In this document: positions 9,791 through 16,783 of the stretch, piece by piece
Layout of the letters: the number at the start of each line of letters is the position of its first letter
Position numbering within the stretch: position 1 is the stretch's first letter
Assembly: GCA_002397465.1 (NCBI GenBank)
Contig: DHAP01000032.1
Span: 1-57,753 of the forward strand
Length of the DNA: 57,753 nt
From: Bacillales bacterium UBA4951
GTDB lineage: Bacteria; Bacillota_I; Bacilli_A; RFN20; CAG-826
Direction of reading: 5' to 3'
Position numbers and translations under genes: made by a program
Notes under the pieces: generated by a model
The model's input: only the letters and a program-made list of their open reading frames with translations
The model's database searches: none
What the model was told of the DNA's origin: nothing

Positions 9791-10771
9791 TTACTCCATG
9801 AAGATGATGGAGCAGCCAGCCTGATCCAACTCGAATTTCATCTCGGTCAAATAGGATAGAGACTTCCTGACGGCCTCGCGTTTTGCCTCGGTTGGGACAT
9901 AGAAAAGAAGGAATCCGCCGCCTCCGGCTCCGAGGAGTTTTCCTCCGGTCGCGCCGGCCTTTATGCCATTTTCATATGACTTGTCTATGATGGGGTTCGA
10001 TATTCCCTGAGCCAAGGATTTCTTGATCTGCCAACTCGTGTCGAGGATCTCTCCTAAGGCGTCCACGTTGTTGTTCTCTAGTTCGCCTTTGAGGACTCTC
10101 GTCATCTCGCAAAGCTTCTTGGTGCTTTCGATCTTGTCGGTATCGGAGGCGAGGTTCTTGGTCTCTTTGGCCAAGATGTTGTTCGCGTCCCTGACGTCGC
10201 CCGTATAGAACATCATGAGGTTATCCTGAAGCTTCTGATAGGACTCGTGTTTCATGATGATCGGCTCAACCTTCACGAAGCCATCCGGGCAGAACTCGTA
10301 GTAACGGAGCCCTCCGAAAGCCGCGGCGAATTGGTCTTGTTTGCCGATTGGGTTGCCTAGTTGGTTGATCTCGACGTCGCAGGCCTCTTTGGCCACTTTG
10401 TACGTGGAGACGGATTTCTCGGTCCAGGTGTAGAGAAGCTTCAACAAAGCGACGGTAAAAGAAGAGGAACTGCCTAAGCCCGTCCCAGAAGGGATGTCGG
10501 CCATCGAGGTGATCTCAATGCCTTTGATGTTGAAGTCCTTGAGGACCTGCTTGAAGATCCTGTGCTCGATTTTATTGGGATCGGTCACGATCTCGGTCTT
10601 GGAGTATTTGAGGGTTATCGAATCCTTGCTGAACGATTTGTTGATGGCGAGATAGCAATATTTCCTGATGCTGGTCGAAAGGACGCAGCCGCCATACTTT
10701 TCATAGAAGGAAGGAATATCGCTTCCGCCTCCGCAGAAGCTGACCCTGAATGGTGCTCGAGAGATGATCAT
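9791..10771 (-). CDS. hddA: GHMP-family D-glycero-alpha-D-manno-heptose-7-phosphate kinase
   Basis: GHMP motif PSGTGLGSSSSF and C-terminal GATGGKLLGAGGGGFLLFY are present. The stop lies 2 nt before the next gene's ATG. Confidence 0.75.
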   Translation of the reverse strand: MIISRAPFRVSFCGGGSDIPSFYEKYGGCVLSTSIRKYCYLAINKSFSKDSITLKYSKTEIVTDPNKIEHRIFKQVLKDFNIKGIEITSMADIPSGTGLGSSSSFTVALLKLLYTWTEKSVSTYKVAKEACDVEINQLGNPIGKQDQFAAAFGGLRYYEFCPDGFVKVEPIIMKHESYQKLQDNLMMFYTGDVRDANNILAKETKNLASDTDKIESTKKLCEMTRVLKGELENNNVDALGEILDTSWQIKKSLAQGISNPIIDKSYENGIKAGATGGKLLGAGGGGFLLFYVPTEAKREAVRKSLSYLTEMKFELDQAGCSIIFME

Positions 10772-10876
10772 GGCTAATGTGTTCTCCTTGTCTTATCTAT
10801 ATAAAGGCGATTTCTTCGCGCCTAATTCTAGCACTTGGGTTTATTCTTTCGTGATAAAATCAAAAAGAGGGATTTT

Positions 10877-12460
10877 ATGGATAGCAAAGAAAGATATATT
10901 TTGGCGATTGATTTTGGCACACAAAGCGTTCGTGTGGCCATCTACGATCAGAATGGCGATGACGTGGCCATGGAGAAAGAAAAGTATTCCCCGGCCTACT
11001 ATTCGACGCTTCCTAATTACGCTGAGCAGGATCCTCATTATTACTATGAATGCCTTTGCCTTTGCTCAAACCGCTTAGTCAAAAAGAACCCTGCGCTCAT
11101 CAAGAAGGTTGAGGGTATCACCCTCACCTGTTTCAGGGATTCGGCTGTCCTTCTCGACAAAGATAGGAATGTCATCCGTCCGATGATCATCTGGCTCGAC
11201 CAGAGAAACGCCGAATGCAAGAAGCCCCTTCCTTTGTTGGACAGGACCATCTTCCGTCTCATCGGCAAGAGCGACACGATCAACTTCAACCGCAAGAGAG
11301 CCATCTCGAACTGGCTGATTGAGAATGAGCCGGAGAACTGGGCCAAACTCGACAAATACGTCAATGTCTCAACCTATTTCATCTATCTATTGACCGGGGA
11401 GCTCAAAGACAGTTCCTCCAATCAAAGCGGCCATTACCCAATCGATTTCAAGAATAAGCGGTGGTACCCGCATCCTGAAAAGAATCTCACGGGCCAGATT
11501 TTCTCTTTGGACGCCACAAAACTTTGTGAGATCGTCCCCGAAGGCTCTTTGATCGGGGCCATTACCGAGAAGTCCAGCAAGGAGACGGGATTACCAGTCG
11601 GGCTTAAGATGTACGCCTGCGGGTCCGATAAATCATGTGAGACCTTGGGCTTAGGCATCAACACCGACAAGGTGGCGGCGATCAGCTATGGGACTGCCTC
11701 GAGCGTTGAGACAACCAGAAAGAAATACACCGAGTCGGAGCCGTTCTTGCCGGGTTACCCATCATGCATTCCCGGCTATTACAACATGGACATCCAGATC
11801 TATCGCGGTTATTGGATGATCAACTGGTTCCTTAAGGAATTCGGCGGCAAGAAGAGCGACGAATCTCTCATATCCGATGTTTCTCCGATGGAATTTAACA
11901 GCAAGCTCAAAGAAGTTCCGCCGGGATGCGATGGCTTGGTCCTTCAGCCTTATTGGGGCCCAGGGCTTTCAAGGCCGTTGGCCAAAGGCGCGATCATCGG
12001 TTTCTCCGACTCTATCACCCAGGAGCATTTCTATCGGGCCATCATCGAGGGCATTGCTTATGCCTTAAGAGAAGGACTGGAGCACTTCGAAAAGAAGATA
12101 CACCATAAGATTCCGGAGCTAAGGATCAGCGGCGGCGGCTCCCAAAGCGACGAGATCTGCCAAATCACTGCGGATGTCTTCGGACGTCCGGTCTATCGGG
12201 TCCAAACCTATGAGACATCATCCTTAGGCGCGGCCATCGCCGGCTTCTTGGCCATCGGGGTCTACAAGAACTCCGACGAAGCCATCGCCAAGATGGTCAG
12301 AACCACCACGAAGTTCGTCCCGAACCTCGAGGTGACGAAGAAGTACGATTATCTCTTCGAGAATGCCTATATGAAGATGTATCCGTCCTTAAAAGGCATC
12401 TATAAAGACATCAAACGCTTCAACCACAAGGAAGAAGACGAAAAGAGACATAAGAAGTAA
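10877..12460 (+). CDS. FGGY-family sugar kinase (substrate unknown)
   Basis: ILAIDFGTQSVRVAIYD is the phosphate-1 motif. ISGGGSQSDEICQITADVFGRPV is the FGGY C-terminal signature. The ATG at 10877 is preceded by AAAGAGGG, so I prefer it over the 10835 start in the ORF track. Confidence 0.8.
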   Translation: MDSKERYILAIDFGTQSVRVAIYDQNGDDVAMEKEKYSPAYYSTLPNYAEQDPHYYYECLCLCSNRLVKKNPALIKKVEGITLTCFRDSAVLLDKDRNVIRPMIIWLDQRNAECKKPLPLLDRTIFRLIGKSDTINFNRKRAISNWLIENEPENWAKLDKYVNVSTYFIYLLTGELKDSSSNQSGHYPIDFKNKRWYPHPEKNLTGQIFSLDATKLCEIVPEGSLIGAITEKSSKETGLPVGLKMYACGSDKSCETLGLGINTDKVAAISYGTASSVETTRKKYTESEPFLPGYPSCIPGYYNMDIQIYRGYWMINWFLKEFGGKKSDESLISDVSPMEFNSKLKEVPPGCDGLVLQPYWGPGLSRPLAKGAIIGFSDSITQEHFYRAIIEGIAYALREGLEHFEKKIHHKIPELRISGGGSQSDEICQITADVFGRPVYRVQTYETSSLGAAIAGFLAIGVYKNSDEAIAKMVRTTTKFVPNLEVTKKYDYLFENAYMKMYPSLKGIYKDIKRFNHKEEDEKRHKK

Positions 12461-12476
12461 AGGAAGACCACGCAAT

Positions 12477-12506
12477 AAAAAAGTCCCGCAGGAACGGGGC
12501 TTTTTT
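12477..12506. terminator. Bidirectional intrinsic terminator (FGGY kinase gene / small ORF)
   Basis: The layout is AAAAAA - GTCCCG - CAGGAA - CGGGGC - TTTTTT. The stem is 6 bp including one G:U pair. U-tracts are available in both orientations. Confidence 0.7.
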
Positions 12507-12545
12507 AACTTTAGATTTCCAACAATATTTACAGGGGGAGGGTTT

Positions 12546-12647
12546 TTATAAAATGTTGCTGGCAATCGGCGTAAGACAAAAGGCGAGGAACGTAACTACG
12601 AATGTGACGATCACAAACACGTTAGTTAGAATTTTTGTCTTCAGCAT
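12546..12647 (-). CDS. Unannotated 33-aa hydrophobic peptide (MLKTKILTNVFVIVTFVVTFLAFCLTPIASNIL)
   Basis: Read by hand because it is below the ORF-track cutoff. ATG at 12647 is preceded by GGAGG (12656-12660) with an 8-nt spacer. It has its own TTGACG-17-TAAATT promoter, TAA at 12546-12548, and a bidirectional terminator 40 nt downstream. The peptide is one predicted TM helix with a Lys-rich N-terminus. Confidence 0.5.
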   Translation of the reverse strand: MLKTKILTNVFVIVTFVVTFLAFCLTPIASNIL

Positions 12648-12670
12648 CGTTTTTTCCTCCTTACGCAATC

Positions 12671-12699
12671 AATTTAATGAAGAAAACGAATAACGTCAA
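12671..12699 (-). promoter_or_regulatory. Candidate sigma-A-type promoter of the 33-codon ORF
   Basis: On the minus strand the layout is TTGACG (12694-12699), a 17-nt spacer, then TAAATT (12671-12676). It lies about 24 nt upstream of the ATG. Confidence 0.45.
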
Positions 12700-13028
12700 A
12701 TCTTTATCGATTAAAAACTTTTTACAACTAATCTCCGATGGCGTGTGAGTTTCCCACAACAAAATTAAAAAGCAGTTGCTCGTTAATTCAAAAAGCAGTC
12801 ACTAGTATAAAAAAATAGTGATTACTTTTATATACGGAAAAAAGCCAAATACTGAAATCGCTTTCAGCGAGAAAGTAAGAACACATGGCGGTTTTTTGAA
12901 CTGGTGTCTTAATTTTCACGTTTTTCAATAGTGTTTGCTTTTTAAGAAACGTGTCGATGAACCACTAGAAAAAATAACATCACGTAAAAATGTGGATAAC
13001 TTTTCGTTCGCACTTTTTAAGAAGGAAA

Positions 13029-13051
13029 TGTAAAGAATTGAAATCTTTACA
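13029..13051. repeat. Perfect 8-bp inverted repeat TGTAAAGA-N7-TCTTTACA in the AT-rich spacer
   Basis: Read directly from the sequence. It is flanked by T-rich tracts on both strands. It could be the tetR 3' terminator or a protein-binding site. Confidence 0.5.
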
Positions 13052-13124
13052 ATATTTTATCTAATGTGGCGGCGCCAAGTGTTTATCTATTTATTGATGA
13101 AACTGGTTCTCAATATTTCAACGA

Positions 13125-13153
13125 TTGACATTTCTTAAGAATTACTATATTAA
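13125..13153 (+). promoter_or_regulatory. Orphan near-consensus promoter pointing into the 3' end of tetR (antisense)
   Basis: The layout is TTGACA (13125-13130), a 17-nt spacer, then TATTAA (13148-13153). No plus-strand ORF lies downstream. Confidence 0.35.
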
Positions 13154-13226
13154 ACACTATTATTTCGTGGAATTTCGTCTACTTTTGGCCTGTTAATTAA
13201 TGGTTTTAAATGAATCGCCGATTTTC

Positions 13227-13820
13227 TTATTTTGAAAAAATGCGAAGGATATTTTCACTATGAATCGTTACGAACCGTTCCTTGCCGACCAAAATGCGTC
13301 TGGACATGGCTCCATTGCAGAAATCGATGAAGAAGTGGGCTAGTTCCATGGGATCGCCTGCGACGACGTCTCCATCCTTTTGGCCTTCCTTAATCAGCTT
13401 GGTAAGCGGGCCAAAAACATCATCGCCTATGATGGCGTTGTTGACCATCGACGTGCAGAAGTGGCGGTTGGCGGCTAAGTTGGCGAAATAAACGACGTTG
13501 TCGCTGGCCTGACAGATTTTCTCACAATACTCGGCGATGATCTTAAGCCCAGCGTATCCACCGGCTTTGATCATTTCTTCGCGTGGGATCAAATAATCCT
13601 TATATTGTTGTTTTTTGAGTTCCATCAAGGCGAGATAAACATCTTCTTTGTTCTTGAAGTAGTGATAAAAAAGACCATGCGAGCAATTGCTCGCGAGTGT
13701 TATGTCGTCGACGCTGACGTTATCGAACCCTTTTGTGGCGAATAGGCGGAGACTCTTGTCCAAAATCTTCGTCTTTCTTTGGTCCCTAATTGCGGCGTTT
13801 TGCTCCTCGTTTCGTGGCAT
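13227..13820 (-). CDS. TetR/AcrR-family transcriptional regulator
   Basis: The N-terminal HTH is FATKGFDNVSVDDITLASNCSHGLFYHYFKNKEDV. Confidence 0.85.
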   Translation of the reverse strand: MPRNEEQNAAIRDQRKTKILDKSLRLFATKGFDNVSVDDITLASNCSHGLFYHYFKNKEDVYLALMELKKQQYKDYLIPREEMIKAGGYAGLKIIAEYCEKICQASDNVVYFANLAANRHFCTSMVNNAIIGDDVFGPLTKLIKEGQKDGDVVAGDPMELAHFFIDFCNGAMSRRILVGKERFVTIHSENILRIFSK

Positions 13821-13852
13821 ATTAAGACCCCCTATTAATCAAGTTTAATTGC

Positions 13853-13869
13853 TTGACCAAAAGTGTCAA
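13853..13869. promoter_or_regulatory. Candidate TetR operator TTGAC-N7-GTCAA in the tetR/DUF368 divergent region
   Basis: It is a perfect 5-bp inverted repeat 33 nt upstream of the tetR ATG. It overlaps a TTGACC -35-like hexamer. Confidence 0.4.
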
Positions 13870-14127
13870 TAATAATGCTTAACATTTACCGGAAAACTTA
13901 TATCAGCACTAAACAAATTCAGTATTTGTCGGCAGTTTATGTTAACAATTTTAATCGGAAAATTCGCCATTAACATTTTGTTTGTGGGTTTATCGAAAAT
14001 TCGTTGGACGAAACGATGATTAGATTTCATGAAACAGGCCTCTTGATTTAAGATGCACAACATTTGGCCCACACAGAGAGGCTGTCTCCATATTCCTTTT
14101 ATGAACGATAAATAAGATAATGAACCC

Positions 14128-15099
14128 ATGAAAATTAAAACTTGGTTATTGGACATGCTCAAGGGGACGACGATAGGCTTCGCCATCCCGATTCCGGGCG
14201 TCAGCGGTGGGACGATGGCTGTGTTGACTGGCTTGTTTGACAAAATCAGCGACGCCGTCAGCAACATGAAGAAACATTTCGGCGAATCGATCAGGACTCT
14301 CATTCCGATCGGGCTTGGGGCTTTGCTCATGGCCATCATCGGATTCATCGGCATCAAGAAAGGCTTTGATTATGCGCCTTTTGCCTTATCCTCTTTGTTC
14401 GCTGGTTTGATAAGCGGGTCGACTCCGGTTATCACCAACGAACTCAAGAAAAGCACTTGGAGCCCGAAAGCCATCACCAGAACCGTTATCGGCTTTGTGG
14501 TTGCCGCAGGCGTGGGTATCGCGAGCGCGCTTATCTATTATTTCTATGACTTCTCCATTGGGAGCTACCTTCTATCGGGCGTCTGGTGGGTTTATCCAAT
14601 TATGTTTGTGGCTGGCTTCATCGGCGCTTTAGCGGCCGTCGTCCCTGGCATCTCCGGCTCGATGATCATGTACCTGATGGGCTTATACGTACCGCTCGTC
14701 AGCCTGTTCACGACCTTCTCCAACTACAAGAACTCCGCCTTATATGGCGTTATCTTCGGTGGGGGCGCCCTGCTTATCCTAGGATGCCTTGTCGGATTCA
14801 TCCTCACGAACGTCTGGATGAAAAAACTTCTGACAGTCAAGCACGACGAGACCTATCAAGTGATCCTTGGTTTCATCCTCGGTTCGTTAATCTCCATGTT
14901 TGTGAACCCTCAGATGATCAAGACGAACGCGGATACAGGCGCCAGATATTGGATTTACGAGACCACCCCGGTTTGGGAATGGATCGTTGGCGTCGCCCTC
15001 TTCATCATCTCGGCTTGCGTCCTCTTCTATCTCACCAAACGAAGCCAAAAGAAAAAAGAAGAGAAACTCGCGATCGAAAACGTGAGCAAAGAAGACTGA
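14128..15099 (+). CDS. DUF368-family membrane protein (candidate undecaprenyl-phosphate translocase class)
   Basis: The motif is duplicated: PIPGVSGGTMAV in the first half and VVPGISGSMIMY in the second. The protein is polytopic and hydrophobic throughout. Confidence 0.75.
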   Translation: MKIKTWLLDMLKGTTIGFAIPIPGVSGGTMAVLTGLFDKISDAVSNMKKHFGESIRTLIPIGLGALLMAIIGFIGIKKGFDYAPFALSSLFAGLISGSTPVITNELKKSTWSPKAITRTVIGFVVAAGVGIASALIYYFYDFSIGSYLLSGVWWVYPIMFVAGFIGALAAVVPGISGSMIMYLMGLYVPLVSLFTTFSNYKNSALYGVIFGGGALLILGCLVGFILTNVWMKKLLTVKHDETYQVILGFILGSLISMFVNPQMIKTNADTGARYWIYETTPVWEWIVGVALFIISACVLFYLTKRSQKKKEEKLAIENVSKED

Positions 15100-15108
15100 C
15101 ATACGAAA

Positions 15109-15136
15109 AGAGGACGCATCGCGCGCCCTCTTTTTT
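15109..15136. terminator. Intrinsic terminator between the convergent DUF368 gene and ABC ATPase gene
   Basis: The stem is AGAGG-a-CGC [ATCGC] GCG-c-CCTCT, followed by TTTTTT on the plus strand. On the minus strand it is followed by TTTTCG. Confidence 0.75.
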
Positions 15137-15144
15137 GTCGTATC

Positions 15145-16782
15145 TTATTCGATGCTTCCTAAGGTTATGAGCTTCTGCGACTTCCTTGAGAAGAGCATGA
15201 TCTCCTTGCCTTCGAAACTCATGGCCACGTTCTGATCAAGTGAGAAGAGAAGTCCGCCGAAGATGACTCCGGTCAAGAGATACCCGTCGATGTTGACGCG
15301 GACGGTCGTCTCCATACCGGTCGGCATGGAGCTGTAGATCGTGCCTTTGATCTTGCCTTTTTCGGCGATTTTGAGGGCTTCTGGCCTGATGGCCAAAACG
15401 TAATCCTCATCTGTTGGGACGTATTCTTCCTGGACGACGTTTTCCTCGACTTTCGCGATGTGATAGTTGAAGGCGCTGTCCTTGTTGGCTTTCTCGACAT
15501 AGCCTTTCACGGATGATTTCTCATTCATCTCGGCTTGACGTTCTTCCTCTTCTTTCTTCTCACCCTCACGCCACTTCTTGAGGTCGATTTTCTTCTCAGG
15601 CTTGAAGGAGAACTTCTCCTTGCCTCCGAAGATGGATAACTCGACGCTGCCATCGTCTTTTTGTTTGCCGGTGGCTTCGATGAAGTTGATGGATGGGTTG
15701 CCAACGAAGTCGGCGACGAAGAGGTTCTTTGGCCTCTTGTAGACGTCGAGCGGGGCCTCGTATTGCTGGAGGACGCCATTGTTGATAAGGCAGATTCTCG
15801 TGGCTAAGGTCATGGCCTCGAGCTGGTCATGGGTGACGTAGACGAAGGTGGCGCCTAAGTCGGCGTGCAAACGCTGGAGCTCGGCTCTCATCTCGAGACG
15901 GAGTTTGGCGTCAAGGTTGCTTAGCGGCTCATCCATGAAGAGGACTTTCGGTCCCGGGGCCAGGGTTCTCGCGATGGCGACACGCTGCTGCTGTCCGCCT
16001 GATAACTCAGAGGGATAACGGTCCATGAACTCGCCTATCTTGACGATGCGGCTGCTCCTTCTTACTTTCCTGTCGAGTTCCTCTTTGCTGAGGCGGCGCA
16101 CCTTCTTAAGGGGCGTGCCATCCTTGAGGATCTCGCCATTCGAGCCGACGGTGAAGCCTTTGGACTCTTCTTTTGCCACCGCGTCTTTGCTCTTCTGCTC
16201 GAAGTCGGAGATGAAGTCCGCGACGGCGTTCTCAGGATTCGCGATGCCTTCTAGATGAAGGTTGAAGAGAGTCTGGGCCTCTCTCATCGTGAGATCGAAA
16301 AGGTCGATCAAATGGGCCAAGGCCCTTTCTTTGTTGATCTTGTCCTTCTCGAGGGTGTCATTGACGCACTTGATGGCTTCCTTATAGCGTTTCAGGGCTT
16401 TCTTGAGGTTTTCGGCCAGGATGTAGTCCTCATCATATAAGGACATTTCCTCTTTGACGTTCTTTAGTCCGAACGAGATGTTCTGATAGACCGTCATGTT
16501 GGGCCAGAGGGCGTAGTTCTGGAAGAGGAAGCCTACTCTTCTTTTGGCGGCGGGGATGTTGATTCCGGCGTCGCTGTCGAAGACGACTTGATCGCCGATC
16601 GTGATCTTGCCGCTGGTCGGGGTCTCAAGGCCCGCGATCATTCTGAGGGTCGTGGTCTTGCCGCATCCTGATGGGCCGAGCAAGGTGATGAAGGAATGGT
16701 CCTCCATCTCCAACGAAAGGTCATCGACGGCATAGAAACCTCCCCATTTTTTGCTGACGTGTTCGAGCGTGATTTTTGACAT
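15145..16782 (-). CDS. ABC importer ATPase (PotA/MalK class) with large internal insertions
   Basis: Walker A GPSGCGKTT, Q-loop FLFQNYALWP, signature LSGGQQQRVAIA, Walker B VLFMDEPLSNLD and H-loop VYVTHDQ are all present. GGAGG lies 8 nt upstream of the ATG at 16782 and overlaps the permease stop, so I prefer this start over 16803. Confidence 0.85.
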   Translation of the reverse strand: MSKITLEHVSKKWGGFYAVDDLSLEMEDHSFITLLGPSGCGKTTTLRMIAGLETPTSGKITIGDQVVFDSDAGINIPAAKRRVGFLFQNYALWPNMTVYQNISFGLKNVKEEMSLYDEDYILAENLKKALKRYKEAIKCVNDTLEKDKINKERALAHLIDLFDLTMREAQTLFNLHLEGIANPENAVADFISDFEQKSKDAVAKEESKGFTVGSNGEILKDGTPLKKVRRLSKEELDRKVRRSSRIVKIGEFMDRYPSELSGGQQQRVAIARTLAPGPKVLFMDEPLSNLDAKLRLEMRAELQRLHADLGATFVYVTHDQLEAMTLATRICLINNGVLQQYEAPLDVYKRPKNLFVADFVGNPSINFIEATGKQKDDGSVELSIFGGKEKFSFKPEKKIDLKKWREGEKKEEEERQAEMNEKSSVKGYVEKANKDSAFNYHIAKVEENVVQEEYVPTDEDYVLAIRPEALKIAEKGKIKGTIYSSMPTGMETTVRVNIDGYLLTGVIFGGLLFSLDQNVAMSFEGKEIMLFSRKSQKLITLGSIE

Positions 16783-16783
16783 G

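Noticed and set aside
12677-12748. 23-codon plus-strand ORF (MKKTNNVKSLSIKNFLQLISDGV) in the AT-rich spacer.
   Set aside because: It has no SD. It overlaps the predicted promoter of the better-supported minus-strand 33-codon ORF.
12991-12999. Perfect DnaA box TGTGGATAA in the AT-rich spacer, raising the possibility of an origin of replication.
   Set aside because: There is only one perfect box. Other candidates in the spacer have 3 or more mismatches. 8/9 matches elsewhere (421-429, about 20484-20492) are explained by ATGGATAA start contexts or by chance. No dnaA or dnaN gene and no clustered boxes are present. A single box is expected by chance in AT-rich DNA.
13866-14357. 163-aa minus-strand ORF spanning the tetR/DUF368 intergenic region and the DUF368 5' end.
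   Set aside because: It overlaps the DUF368 coding frame, which has duplicated family motifs. It has no SD and runs through an AT-rich promoter region. It has a Met/Pro-rich odd N-terminus.
14586-15170. 194-aa plus-strand ORF in an alternative frame of the DUF368 gene, reading through the terminator.
   Set aside because: It is Arg/Pro/His-rich, typical of an off-frame translation. It crosses a strong intrinsic terminator. The in-frame DUF368 product is a coherent membrane protein.
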